Assembly: GCA_965203565.1 (NCBI GenBank)
Contig: OZ241896.1
Coordinates: 1,685,728 to 1,749,727, forward strand
Reading direction: 5' to 3'
From: Vicinamibacterales bacterium
Lineage (GTDB): Bacteria; Acidobacteriota; Vicinamibacteria; Vicinamibacterales; UBA8438
Length of the DNA stretch: 64,000 bases
The first letter of the stretch is position 1, and each line of letters starts with the position of its first letter. The notes beneath the pieces were generated by a model, which saw nothing but the letters and a program-made list of their open reading frames with translations, had not been told where the DNA came from and did no database searches. The translations under genes were made by a program, and so were the position numbers. This document shows positions 1 to 9,872 of the stretch, piece by piece.

Positions 1-21
1 ATCGGGGCGGTCCCTCTGTCC

Positions 22-894
22 GTGTGGCGCCGCCTGGGAAACCGCGTGCGGCTGGCGCAACGAGCGCTTCGGTTGATGTTCTACAACGCCCTGCCCCTGG
101 ACGACGGCTCGGTGTTCGTCACCTACGCCAGGGAGGTCGGGATCGTTCGGAACGGAATCTATCGCCGGCTGAAGGGGCTCGTTCGCCCCTGCCGGGTCTT
201 GCGCGGCGCTTCTGCGCTCGACAGGAACGGGCGCGTCTTCTTCGGCGAGTATCTTGCCAACGTCGAACGTGGACCGGTGCGAGTCTATCGATACGCGCCG
301 GGCGGCGACGGCGTCAGCGTGGCGTACACCTTCCCGCCGGCCTCCATCCGCCACGTGCACGGCGTCTATCACGATCCGTTCGATCACAGCCTCTGGTGCC
401 TGACCGGCGACACGGCTCAGGAGGCGCGCGTGCTGCGTACGGACGATGGATTCAAGACGCTGTCGACGATCGGCCGTGGAGATGAAAGCTGGAGAGCGGT
501 AAGCGTCCTGTTCACCAGAGACGGGGTCTGGTATGCGACTGATGCGGAATTCGAGGCTAACAGGGTGTTCCGCATCGATCGAGCGACCGGGCGGCGTTTC
601 GAATTGGGCGTGGTGGATGGCCCCGTTTACTATTCGACCGTATGGCGGCGCGGCTTGTTCTTCGCCGTGACGGCGGAGCTTTGTCCGAGTCAGACAGGGA
701 GATCGGCTACGCTCTGGACGATCCGGGATGGTGAATTGTCACGGGTGGTGAGCATCGACAAGGATCGATGGCCGGTGAAGCTGCTGCCGGGGACGCTGCA
801 TTTCCCCGGCGGACCGGGCGTGGAGCAGGGACTCTACTTCCAGGCGGTGGCCCTCAAGGGCGTCGACGCTCGATGTTTTCGCGTGGAAGCCTGA
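22..894 (+). CDS. hypothetical BNR/beta-propeller-like protein (may be 5'-truncated by the window edge)
   Basis: 290-aa ORF with FFGEY, IRHVHGV..DPF, LWCLTGD and TDDGFKT motifs typical of BNR-like propeller proteins; lower GC3 than its neighbours. Confidence 0.6.
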   Translation: MWRRLGNRVRLAQRALRLMFYNALPLDDGSVFVTYAREVGIVRNGIYRRLKGLVRPCRVLRGASALDRNGRVFFGEYLANVERGPVRVYRYAPGGDGVSVAYTFPPASIRHVHGVYHDPFDHSLWCLTGDTAQEARVLRTDDGFKTLSTIGRGDESWRAVSVLFTRDGVWYATDAEFEANRVFRIDRATGRRFELGVVDGPVYYSTVWRRGLFFAVTAELCPSQTGRSATLWTIRDGELSRVVSIDKDRWPVKLLPGTLHFPGGPGVEQGLYFQAVALKGVDARCFRVEA

Positions 895-994
895 CAGCCT
901 GCCTTCGCCGCGACGCTGGCCGGACGAGGCGTTTCATGATAGCGTGCGGGCGCGGCGCGTCGGGGCGCCGCGCCCGCAACACGGGAGATTCTTC

Positions 995-1984
995 ATGACG
1001 ATCAGACCCCTGGCCGCTTCCGCCGGCCTCGCCCTGTTCGGCCTCGCCGGCTTCGGCTGCACGGCGTACGGCCAGCCCGACCGCTCGGCGAACGCGCCCG
1101 GCGCGACGCAGCAGCAGTTCGAGCGGTGGATGACGGAGCACTCGAACTGGGGCCGCTGGGGCGACGACGACCAGCTCGGCGCCGCCAACCTGATCACGCC
1201 GGCCAAGCGGAAGCAGGCCGCCGCGCTGGTCGAGACCGGCGAGGCGGTCTCGCTCGGCCACGACGTGGCCGACGATCTGGGCAGCGACCCGAACCGCCCG
1301 TTCGGGCTGAACATGATCATCTCGTTCGACCCGGACCGGATCCGGGACCGGCTCGACATCGACTACCACGGCGGGTTCTTCACGCACCTGGACGCGATCT
1401 GCCACGTCGTCTACGACGGCAGGATCTACAACGGCCACGCCATGCGGGAGGCGGTGACCGACGACGGCTGCGAGCACCTGGGGATTACCGGCCTGAAGGA
1501 CGGCGTGGTGACGAAGGCGGTGCTCGTCGACGTCCCGCGCCTGCGGGGCGTGCCCCATCTGGCGCCCGGGACCCGCGTCTACCGCGAGGACATCGAGGAG
1601 TGGGAGGAGCGGACGGGCGCCGCCGTCGAGCCGGGCGACGTTCTTCTGATCCGGACCGGCCGCTGGGCGCGCCGGCGCGCCGAAGGAGGCGGGAACGCCG
1701 GGATGGACGCGTCGTTCCTGCCGCTGCTGGCCGAGCGGGACGTCGCGCTGTTCGGCAGCGACACCGCCCACGAGCTCCGCGACAACATCCCCGGACTCGA
1801 CGTCACGGTCATCCACAAGTTCATGGTGGTGGCGCGCGGCATGAACCTGTTCGACAACCTCGATCTCGAAGAGGCGGCGGAGACCGCCGCCCGCCTCGGG
1901 CGCTGGGAGTTTCTCTTCATGGCCAGTCCGGTCCGCGTACCGAAGGGGACCGGGTCGCCGATCAACCCGATAGCGGTGTTCTGA
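995..1984 (+). CDS. cyclase family protein (kynurenine formamidase-like metal hydrolase) with signal peptide
   Basis: SNWGRWGDDDQLGAANLIT, HGGFFTHLDAICH and GTGSPINPIAVF motifs; GGGAG upstream of ATG 995. Confidence 0.9.
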   Translation: MTIRPLAASAGLALFGLAGFGCTAYGQPDRSANAPGATQQQFERWMTEHSNWGRWGDDDQLGAANLITPAKRKQAAALVETGEAVSLGHDVADDLGSDPNRPFGLNMIISFDPDRIRDRLDIDYHGGFFTHLDAICHVVYDGRIYNGHAMREAVTDDGCEHLGITGLKDGVVTKAVLVDVPRLRGVPHLAPGTRVYREDIEEWEERTGAAVEPGDVLLIRTGRWARRRAEGGGNAGMDASFLPLLAERDVALFGSDTAHELRDNIPGLDVTVIHKFMVVARGMNLFDNLDLEEAAETAARLGRWEFLFMASPVRVPKGTGSPINPIAVF

Positions 1985-2022
1985 CGGCCCGTGGTGGAGC
2001 CTCGCGCGGGGCGCCGAGACGC
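1985..2022 (-). repeat. partial copy (terminal arm) of the 158-bp MITE
   Basis: cggcccgtggtggagcctcgcgcggggcgccgagacgc resembles the reverse complement of the element's right end; starts immediately after the cyclase TGA. Confidence 0.65.
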
Positions 2023-2078
2023 TCTCTCCCGGGAAGCCCGCGACTGCGCTACTATACTGGGAAGCGTCGCGGCCCGAC

Positions 2079-2155
2079 GCGCCCGTAGCTCAGCTGGATA
2101 GAGCACCGGCCTTCTAAGCCGAGGGTCGCAGGTTCGAATCCTGCCGGGCGCGCCA
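2079..2155 (+). tRNA. tRNA-Arg(TCT)
   Basis: GCGCCCG/CGGGCGC acceptor stem, TAGCTCAGCTGGATAGAGC D-arm, CTTCTAA anticodon loop, GGTTCGAATCC T-arm, encoded CCA. Confidence 0.97.
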
Positions 2156-2192
2156 CTTTTCCCACCCGACGGGGCCGGCGCCGGCCCCGTCG

Positions 2193-3109
2193 CTAGAAAC
2201 TGTACGTCAGGCCCGCGCTGACGCCGAACAGCCGCATGTCGCCGGTCTCGATGCCGCCCGACACCGGCTGGCCGCCGTCCCGCCGCCGGGCGGGCGGATG
2301 GCTGCGGAGCGGGTCCCACACGATCCCGTCGTCGTCGCCGAACGCGCCGTAGTCGACCCAGCGGCCCTTGAAGTCCAGGGCGACCGAATCCGAGAGCGCG
2401 TAGCGCACGCCGGCCAGCACCTGGTAGCCGAACAGCGCGTCGTCGAGATCGGCCCGCGCGACGCTGGTGGAGCCGGCGAGGTTCCGCCGGATCTCCTCCG
2501 CGTTGGGGCGTCCGGCGCCGGTGACGATGGCGTCCGGGTTGAAGTTGCGCGCCCACAGGCTGACGTAGTCCATCTCGGTGACGCCGACGCCGACGCCGAA
2601 CCCGACGTAGGGGGTCATCGGGCCGCCCCCGGAAAAGTCGTAGTAGACGTTGCCGAACAGGTTGTTCGACGTGACGCTGCCGATCCGGTCCTCCGCCCGC
2701 TGCAGCTCGCCGCCGAGCTTGGCGAACGTGGCGCCGCCCGCCGCGGCGACCGCCGCGGTCTCGTTGAACGCCGACTCCCGGTAGAAGTACTCGACCTCGA
2801 CGCGCAGCCCGGCAGCCGGCAGCCGGTAGCCCAGCACCGCGCCGGCCAGCAGCCCTCCGCCGCTCCCCACTGCGCTTTCCCAGGCGCTCGCGCCCGGACT
2901 CGCGCAGTCCGGATCTTCGGGCGCCAGCGGGTGACGTACTCGTCGCAATCGCTCGGACCGTCGTAGCCGATCCCGGCGAACTCCATCCCCGTCGCGAAGT
3001 TCACGCCGAGGCCGGAGCCGAGATAGAACCCCGACCCGGTCTGCGCGAAGGCCGGCGGCGCCGCCGCCGCCAGCACCGCGATCACGCCCGCCGCATACCC
3101 ACGTTTCAT
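2193..3109 (-). pseudogene. outer-membrane beta-barrel (opacity/OmpA-like) protein, frameshifted near 2931
   Basis: Signal peptide plus GFYLGSGLG in ORF 2615..3109 continues in another frame (PLAPEDPDC...RVEVEYFYR...PYVGFGVG...GLTYSF, C-terminal Phe) in ORF 2193..3194. Confidence 0.75.
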
Positions 3110-3216
3110 CTGATTCGAGCCTCCGCCGCCGCGCCGGCATGAGCGCCGCGCAGACGATTATCCTAGCATGCGCCGCCCGCCCGCCTGCCTGCAACGCATC
3201 CGGCGCCGGACGCCGG

Positions 3217-3759
3217 TCACTGCGCCTGGGGCCGCGACCGGCCGCCGGACGGCGACGTCGGGTCGGGGTGCGCGTGCCGCTGCCGGATCCGCCACCCGTC
3301 GGCCGTCCTGACGTAGACGTCTTCGTAATACCCCGTGTCCGTGATCGCCAGCTCCTCCGCGCTCGGGTCGAAGGCGAGCCAGTAGACCTTCCCCGTGGCG
3401 CGCCCGTCGCCGTCGGGGGTGATCACCCAACTGCTGTTCCAGTGGCGGTACGTGTAGTCGGGCGCGCGCGGGGCGAAGCTCCGGCGGCGCCACTCGGCCA
3501 TCTGCTCCCGGCCGATGAACTCCCCCCGGTCGCCGATCCGGAAGATCGCGTCCTCGGTGAAGACGTTGAGCCACATCTCGGCGTTCCCGAAGTCGGTCCC
3601 CTGGTTGTAGCGCGAGTACAACTGGTGGATCTCCGCGAGGTCCTCCCCGGTCAGGCCGCCCGGCCCGCCGGCCTCCTGGGCGTGGACCCAGCCGAAGGCG
3701 GCAAGCGATCCGAGCATGCCGATCAGGGCGCCCGTCAGCAGCAGCGGCAATCCGCGCAT
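3217..3759 (-). CDS. SnoaL-like/NTF2 family protein
   Basis: EIHQLYSRYNQGTD, VFTEDA and GYYEDVYVRTADGWRIRQR motifs; GGAGGAG SD before ATG 3759. Confidence 0.85.
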   Translation of the reverse strand: MRGLPLLLTGALIGMLGSLAAFGWVHAQEAGGPGGLTGEDLAEIHQLYSRYNQGTDFGNAEMWLNVFTEDAIFRIGDRGEFIGREQMAEWRRRSFAPRAPDYTYRHWNSSWVITPDGDGRATGKVYWLAFDPSAEELAITDTGYYEDVYVRTADGWRIRQRHAHPDPTSPSGGRSRPQAQ

Positions 3760-3863
3760 GGCTCTCCTCCTTTGGTCGAACGTGCTTGGGTTGAACGTGC
3801 AGCGCATGCGTTACCGTAGCATGCCTACCAGCCCGTGGTGATACGATCCGCGCGGATCATTTC

Positions 3864-4655
3864 ATGGGAACGCTTTGCCGGCCCTCCGCCCGGCGCCGCG
3901 CGCTGCCGGCGGCGGGGGTTCTCCTCGCGCTCGCCCACGGCGGTCCGGCCGTCGCCGCGGACGGCGAGCCTGACGCGGATCGGCCGCGCCACTACGCCGG
4001 CGCCTTCGTCGGCTCCGGCCGCCTGCACGCCCGGATCGTCGACGTGGACGGCTTCGCGAACTGGGGGAACCCCGGCGCGGCCCTCCGGTACGACGACGTG
4101 GAGCTGGTCGGCGGCCTGCTGATCGGGAGGAAGATCGACGTCGGCGGCGCGCCGGTGCGGGTCGAATTCGACGCCGCGTTCGGCGACGTGCTGGCGACGA
4201 CGAACCGGCTCGATCCCGAAGGCCGGGACGAGACGGTGGATCTGGAGATGCAGTGGATCGTCACCGCGGCCGGCGGCCTCGAACGGACGCTCGGCCGCGC
4301 GACGCTGTTCGCCACGGGCGGTCTGGCGGTCGCCGGGACCGCCAGCGCGGTGACCGACGTGGATTACGTCCCGGGCCCGCCGCCGCGGTTTCGGTGGGAC
4401 CTCGACGATTCGTTTCGCGAGGCCTCGGCGGACGTCGGCTGGATGGTCCGGGTCGGCGCGGAGGCGGCTCTGTCCGACGCCTGGGCGGTCCGGCTCGACG
4501 GCGCGTACCTCGACTTCGGCCGGCGCTCCCGCGCCGTGAACCGGTCCGGCGACAACCGGTGCGGGCCGGGCGGTCCCCGACGGCCCTGCGCCTACGGCGT
4601 CGAGAACCGGTTCGGCCTCGCGCGCCTGGCGATCGTCCACCGGTTCGGCCCGTGA
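3864..4655 (+). CDS. outer-membrane beta-barrel (porin-like) protein
   Basis: Signal peptide, alternating beta strands (YAGAFVG, LFATGGLA, VGWMVRVGAE, WAVRLDGAYLDFG), ends ..HRFGP. Confidence 0.7.
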   Translation: MGTLCRPSARRRALPAAGVLLALAHGGPAVAADGEPDADRPRHYAGAFVGSGRLHARIVDVDGFANWGNPGAALRYDDVELVGGLLIGRKIDVGGAPVRVEFDAAFGDVLATTNRLDPEGRDETVDLEMQWIVTAAGGLERTLGRATLFATGGLAVAGTASAVTDVDYVPGPPPRFRWDLDDSFREASADVGWMVRVGAEAALSDAWAVRLDGAYLDFGRRSRAVNRSGDNRCGPGGPRRPCAYGVENRFGLARLAIVHRFGP

Positions 4656-4665
4656 CGACGGCTCG

Positions 4666-7600
4666 ATGAAGGTCATGACCCGGCCGCTGCCCGTGACGCC
4701 TCCGCTGACCGGCTCTTCGCCGCGATCTCCCCGGCGCGCCCGCCGCTGCGGCGCGGTGCGCCGCGCGCTGGCCGCTGCGGCGCTGCTGACCGCCGTCTGC
4801 CGCCCGGACGCCCCGGCGCTCGCGGCCCAGGCCGGGACGACGACCGGCGTCGTCCGCGGGACGGTCCACAGCCCGGCCGGCGATCCGGTGGCGGGCGCGG
4901 TCGTCGTCATCCGGCACCGCGAGACCGACCTGCTGACGTCGGTGGAGACCACCTCCTCCGGGACGTTCGCGCGCACCCTGCTGCCGCCGGGCACGTACGA
5001 CCTGACGGTGACGGCGGCGACCGCCGGATACGGCGTCGAGCGGATCGAGGGGGCCGCCTTGCGCGTCGGCGAAACGCTCGATCTGGCCGTCGCGCTCCGC
5101 GTGGTGGCGGCCGAGACGGTCACCGTCGCCAGCAGCCTCCCGACGCCGATCGACGCCGCGGACGTCACCAGCTCGCAGCGCGTGCTCGAAGACGTGGTCG
5201 ACGGGCTGCCGAGCAACGGCCGCAACTTCATGAGCCTGACGCTGCTCACGCCGGGCGCGTCGATCTCGCAGGGGCCGGACGGCGACGAGCTGAACATCGC
5301 CGGCCAGCGCGGCATCTTCAACAACTTCATCGTCGACGGCGCCGACTTCAACAACCCGTTCTTCGGCGAGCAGCGCGGCGGACAGCGTCCCGCCTTCACG
5401 TTCAACCAGGACGCCGTCGCCGAGCTCGTGGTGGTGAACCAGGGCGCCACCGCCGAGTACGGCCGGTCGGCGGGCGGGTTCGTCAACGTGATCACCAAAT
5501 CGGGGACGAACGCGTTCGCCGGCTCGGCCCACTACTTCGGGCAGTGGGACGAGGCGGCCGCCCCGCACCCGGCCGCGCGGGGCGGCGGGCGGCCCGACTT
5601 CCACCGGAACCAGGCGGGCGCCACCCTGGGCGGGCCGCTCGTGCGCGACCGCGCGTTCTTCTTCCTGGCCTACGACCAGCAGGCCGCCGCCGAGACGAAG
5701 CAGGCGGCGCGCAACGTCCGGAACCCGGCGAACCTGAGGAAGCTGGAGCGGTTCCTGCAAGCGCGCTGGCCGGGACTGTTCGACGACGAGTTCGGGCCGA
5801 TCCGCCGGACCGACGACGCGCGGTCGCTCATCGCCAAGCTCGACCTGAACCTCGACGGCCGCCACCAAGCGTCGTTCAAGTACAACTACAACTGGTCGGA
5901 GCAGGTGAACGGCACGTTCGACGTCGACGCCTGGGGCGCGTCGGCGAACGGGGTCGAAGGCAACCGCGCGCACGCGTTCAACGGCGGCCTGCGCTCCCTG
6001 CTCACCAACGCGCTCTCGAACGAGGTCCGGGTCCAGTGGGCGCGCGAAGACCGGCCGCGCGGATACCGGGGGCCGCTGCTGCCCGGGGCGCGGCCGCCCG
6101 GACCGCCGCAGTTCGCCGCGCTGGGGGGACGGCCGTTCCCGGACGTCGCGATGGACTTCGACGACGGCTTCCGCATCGGGCTGCCGTTCTTCCTCCCGAT
6201 CGACCCCAGCTTCGACACGCGGCTGCAACTGGTCGACAACGTGTCGTTCGCCGCCGGCGACCACCTCTTCAAGGCGGGGGTGGAGTACAACCGGACCGTC
6301 GCCGAGCAGCAGTTCCTCGGCTTCGCGAACAGCCGCTACCTGTTCGACTCGGTCGACGGCTTCATCGACTTCGTCACCCACGACGGCCGCGCCGTCACCT
6401 GCTCGGACGGGACCCGCGGCCGCACGCCCGCCGACTGTCCGCCGGGCGCCGGCGTCACCGGTCCGGTGCTGCTCTACCTGCAGTCCGCCACCGTGCCCGG
6501 CGTCGCCCCCGAGCGGCTCGGGCGCCAGCAGCTTCGGGCGCACGAAGTCGGGGCGTTCGTGCAGGACACGTGGCGTCCGCACGACCGGGTGACGCTCGAC
6601 CTCGGGTTGCGCTGGGACGGCGCGTGGCATCCGGACGTCTTCGTCGACCCGGACGACGCCTTCTTCGCGCCGTACCTGGGCGACCCCCGGTTCCCGTCCG
6701 ACGGCCGGATCCCGGACGACCTCGACAACCTGCAGCCGCGCATCGGGCTGGCGTGGGACTTGGCCGGGAACGGCCGCACCGTGGCGCGCGCCAACGCCGG
6801 CTCGTACGTCGCGCGGATGCCGCTGCTCGTCTTCGCGCAGCACCGGACCACCAACGGCGCGTTCCAGCAGATCCTGTTCCGGAGCAGCGCCTCGCCGGAG
6901 CTCGGCCCGGTCCCCGCCCTCGACGAGCAGATAGACGCCTCGACCGCGCGGCCGTTCCTGCCCGACGTCCAGGTGGCGGACCGCGGCCTGGAGCTGCCGC
7001 GCACCTGGTCGCTGAGCGCCGGCGTCGACCGCGACCTCGGCCGCGGCCTGGCTGCGAGCGCGACGTACCTCCACGCCCGCACCGACAACCTGTTCCGTTT
7101 CGTCAACCGGAACGACCCGGCGCTCGGCGCGCCGTTCGGGGTCGGCACGCACCCGTCGGGGGGCGGCCTCAACACGCTGACGGTCGCCGAGAGCAGCGCG
7201 CGCTCGCGATACCACGCCCTGACGCTCGGGCTGCGGGGCCGGAGCGGCCTCCGCGGCCGCCTGCTCGCCTTCGAAGCCCACTACACGCTCGCCTTCGACC
7301 GGTCCGACGACGACAACGAACGCGATCCGTTCATCCTGCGGTATGCAAGCGCCGCCGACCTGACGCCGGAGTTCGGCTGGTCGGACCGCGACCGGCGCCA
7401 CCAGGCGAGCGGGTACGTGCTGCTCGGGCTGCCGGGCGGCGTCCAGTGGAACAACGTCGTCCGCTACCTGTCGGCCTCGCCGGCGTCGGAGCAGTGCGCC
7501 CGCCGGGGCGTGCGGGCCGCGCAGCCGTCGGACCGGATCTGCGCCGACGGATCGATCCTGACGCGCAACACGCTCCGGCGCGAGAACGACTTCTTCACGT

Positions 7601-7800
7601 GGGACCTCCGCGTGTCGCGCCGCTTCACGCTCTCCGGCGGCGCGGTCGTCGAGCCGATCGTCGAGGTCTTCAACCTGACCAACGCCGACAACTTCATCGA
7701 CGCCGCCGTCGGATCGCTCCTGTTCAATTTCGACGGCACGATCCGGAGCGGCCTCGGCGACACCCGCCGGGCGCAGGTCGGCGTCAGCGTCCGGTTCTGA
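4666..7800 (+). CDS. TonB-dependent receptor, Oar-like, with carboxypeptidase regulatory-like N-terminal domain
   Basis: LPSNGRNFMSL, AEYGRSAGGFVNVITKSGTN, FVQDTWR..LDLGLRWD, C-terminal VSVRF. Confidence 0.92.
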   Translation: MKVMTRPLPVTPPLTGSSPRSPRRARRCGAVRRALAAAALLTAVCRPDAPALAAQAGTTTGVVRGTVHSPAGDPVAGAVVVIRHRETDLLTSVETTSSGTFARTLLPPGTYDLTVTAATAGYGVERIEGAALRVGETLDLAVALRVVAAETVTVASSLPTPIDAADVTSSQRVLEDVVDGLPSNGRNFMSLTLLTPGASISQGPDGDELNIAGQRGIFNNFIVDGADFNNPFFGEQRGGQRPAFTFNQDAVAELVVVNQGATAEYGRSAGGFVNVITKSGTNAFAGSAHYFGQWDEAAAPHPAARGGGRPDFHRNQAGATLGGPLVRDRAFFFLAYDQQAAAETKQAARNVRNPANLRKLERFLQARWPGLFDDEFGPIRRTDDARSLIAKLDLNLDGRHQASFKYNYNWSEQVNGTFDVDAWGASANGVEGNRAHAFNGGLRSLLTNALSNEVRVQWAREDRPRGYRGPLLPGARPPGPPQFAALGGRPFPDVAMDFDDGFRIGLPFFLPIDPSFDTRLQLVDNVSFAAGDHLFKAGVEYNRTVAEQQFLGFANSRYLFDSVDGFIDFVTHDGRAVTCSDGTRGRTPADCPPGAGVTGPVLLYLQSATVPGVAPERLGRQQLRAHEVGAFVQDTWRPHDRVTLDLGLRWDGAWHPDVFVDPDDAFFAPYLGDPRFPSDGRIPDDLDNLQPRIGLAWDLAGNGRTVARANAGSYVARMPLLVFAQHRTTNGAFQQILFRSSASPELGPVPALDEQIDASTARPFLPDVQVADRGLELPRTWSLSAGVDRDLGRGLAASATYLHARTDNLFRFVNRNDPALGAPFGVGTHPSGGGLNTLTVAESSARSRYHALTLGLRGRSGLRGRLLAFEAHYTLAFDRSDDDNERDPFILRYASAADLTPEFGWSDRDRRHQASGYVLLGLPGGVQWNNVVRYLSASPASEQCARRGVRAAQPSDRICADGSILTRNTLRRENDFFTWDLRVSRRFTLSGGAVVEPIVEVFNLTNADNFIDAAVGSLLFNFDGTIRSGLGDTRRAQVGVSVRF

Positions 7801-7887
7801 CCGGGCGGCCGACGGACGTCCGCGCCGATCGCCGGCCAAGCCGGTTCAACGACCCGAGGTCGGGCGGCCGGCGCGCTGGAACGGATC

Positions 7888-8178
7888 GTGCTTGCAATCG
7901 TGTACGGGATCGCCCACGCCGTCCTGTTCCTGATCGGGTCGATGTTCATCTTCTCTCGCCGCGACCTGCTGCATCCGATGCTCGATGCGGTCACCACCCT
8001 CGATCCCCGGTTCGACGCCGCGTACCGGTTCGGCGCGATCTTCCTTGCGGAGCTGTATCCGGACGGCGCGGGCCGGCCCGACCCGGCGGTGAAGCCGTTG
8101 AAGAAAGGCGTACGTGCGCGGCCGGAGCGCTGGCAATATCCGCCATCGGTCGAGCCCGGCGCCGCGGCGAGGCGATGA
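7888..8178 (+). pseudogene. internal fragment of a pilus-cluster-associated TPR-like protein
   Basis: VTTLDPRFDAAYRFGAIFLAELYPDGAGRPD..LKKG..PERWQY resembles a segment of longer proteins found upstream of prepilin peptidases; only about 55 aa are recognisable. Confidence 0.5.
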
Positions 8179-8951
8179 CCGATCCGGGTCTCGCCGGCTT
8201 CGTGGCGCTGGCCGCCGCCGGACTTGTCATCGGCAGCTTTCTCAACGTCTGCATCTACCGGTTGCCCCGGCGTCAGTCGGTGGTCCGGCCGGCGTCGCAC
8301 TGCACGGCGTGCGGTCGATCGTTGCGGTGGTTCGAGAACACGCCGGTGCTGGCCTATCTGACGCTCCGAGGCCGTTGCCGGACATGCCGCGCCCGGATCT
8401 CCGCCGTCTATCCGGCGGTCGAGATGGCCGCGGCCGTCCTGTTCCTGGCGCAGTACTGGCAGCTAGGCTGGCAGCCGCTTCTGGCCGTTCGCCTGGCGTT
8501 TTCGAGCGCCCTGCTGGCCCTGTTCGTCATCGACCTGCGGCATCGGCTGCTGCCGAACGAGATCACCGTGCCGGGCGTCGCGGTCGGCTTGGCGGCCGGC
8601 GTCTTCCTGGAGCCGGGCTGGCGGGACGCCCTGATCGGCGCGGCGGCGGGCGGCGGAACGCTGCTGCTCCTGGCGGAGGTCTACTACCGGCTGCGCGGTG
8701 AGGAAGGGCTCGGCATGGGCGACGTCAAGATGCTGGCGATGATCGGCGCGTTCCTCGGATGGCGGCAGACGTTCGTGACGCTGCTGGTGGCGTCGGTGCT
8801 CGGGGCGACGATCGCGATCGGCCTGCTGGCGCTCCGCCTCGCCGATCGCCGGTACGCCCTGCCGCTCGGGTCGTTCCTGGCGGTCGGCGCCGTCATCGCC
8901 ATGGCGGTCGGAGAACCGCTCCTGGCCTGGTACGCAGCGCTCTATCGTTAG
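8175..8951 (+). CDS. pilD: prepilin peptidase/N-methyltransferase
   Basis: GSFLNVCIYRLP, two CxxC pairs (SHCTAC, GRCRTC), IDLRHRLLP, GLGMGDVKMLAMIGAFLG. Confidence 0.95.
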   Translation: MTDPGLAGFVALAAAGLVIGSFLNVCIYRLPRRQSVVRPASHCTACGRSLRWFENTPVLAYLTLRGRCRTCRARISAVYPAVEMAAAVLFLAQYWQLGWQPLLAVRLAFSSALLALFVIDLRHRLLPNEITVPGVAVGLAAGVFLEPGWRDALIGAAAGGGTLLLLAEVYYRLRGEEGLGMGDVKMLAMIGAFLGWRQTFVTLLVASVLGATIAIGLLALRLADRRYALPLGSFLAVGAVIAMAVGEPLLAWYAALYR

Positions 8952-8960
8952 TTAGCGATG

Positions 8961-8996
8961 CGCTCTCGGCGCCCCGCAGGGCTCCACCACGGGCTG
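8961..8996 (+). repeat. partial copy (right arm) of the 158-bp MITE
   Basis: cgctctcggcgccccgcagggctccaccacgggctg matches the element's 3' end. Confidence 0.7.
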
Positions 8997-9159
8997 CCGG
9001 CAGTTTCCGCGGCCCCTCGGGACCGGATCCCGGGCTGTTTCCGCCACGTCGCGCACGACGATCGATGCGGCGCGCGCTCGCCCGAGGCAGCAGCGCCGTT
9101 CGGGATGCGGCGCCCCGGCGCAGGCGGCGGGGCTTCCGCCGTGATCGTCAAAGCGAAGT

Positions 9160-9864
9160 GTGGAGCCTCGTCGCGGGCTGTCGGCGGGCGCGGACGGTCC
9201 GGCTCGGATGTTGCAACAACTGCTGGTGATGGGCGCCTCCGGACATCCTCGGCGCGCCGGGCGCAGCCGGGCGGATTCCCGGTCCCGGACCGACTGCGGT
9301 CCGGGCTGCGGCTCGGTCTCGGGCGCCGGCTTCAGCTTGATGGAGGTCCTGATCGCGTCCGGCCTGATCGTCTCCCTGGCGGCCGGCGTCGCCCGGTTGA
9401 CCGCGGCGTCGATCGAGGCGGTTCGCGCTTCCGGCGATCAGACGACGGCGCTGCTGCTGGCGGTCTGGAAGATGGAGCAGCTACGGTCCCTGACGTGGAG
9501 CCGAGACCCGGCCGATGCGTCGCCGCGGTCCGATCTGGTGACTGACCTGTCGCGCGATCCGCCCGCCCCCGGCGGCGTCGGCCTGCGGGCGTCGCCGGCT
9601 GACAGCCTCGACCGCAGCGCGCCGGGGTACGCCGATTACCTGAACGCCGCCGGCGCCTGGGTCGGCGCCGGGGCGACTGCGCCGCCCGGCGCGTCGTTCG
9701 TGCGGCGCTGGTCGGTGCGGCCGAGCCCGCTGGCGCCGGACGATCTGCTCGCGCTCGACGTCGTGGTCGCGCCGCTGCCGGTCTTCGAGCGCGCCGGGGC
9801 GTCACCGGTGGCCTCGAACACGCCGGGCGTGGTCTGGCTCGGCTCGCTCACGGGACGCCGGTAG
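9160..9864 (+). CDS. type IV minor pilin (PilV-like); start uncertain
   Basis: Class III signal G|FSLMEVLIA followed by a hydrophobic helix; downstream of pilD. Confidence 0.8.
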   Translation: MEPRRGLSAGADGPARMLQQLLVMGASGHPRRAGRSRADSRSRTDCGPGCGSVSGAGFSLMEVLIASGLIVSLAAGVARLTAASIEAVRASGDQTTALLLAVWKMEQLRSLTWSRDPADASPRSDLVTDLSRDPPAPGGVGLRASPADSLDRSAPGYADYLNAAGAWVGAGATAPPGASFVRRWSVRPSPLAPDDLLALDVVVAPLPVFERAGASPVASNTPGVVWLGSLTGRR

Positions 9865-9872
9865 GACGTTCG

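Noticed and set aside
2079-2192. tRNA-Arg as an integration site for an island or prophage
   Set aside because: No integrase and no duplicated tRNA 3' end seen in the window
4261-7839. Very long antisense or alternate-frame ORFs (e.g. 4261..7839, 20744..23245, 24790..27015, 29004..32165, 52229..55636)
   Set aside because: Shadow ORFs of high-GC genes: Arg/Pro/Ala-rich, no motifs, and they overlap well-supported genes
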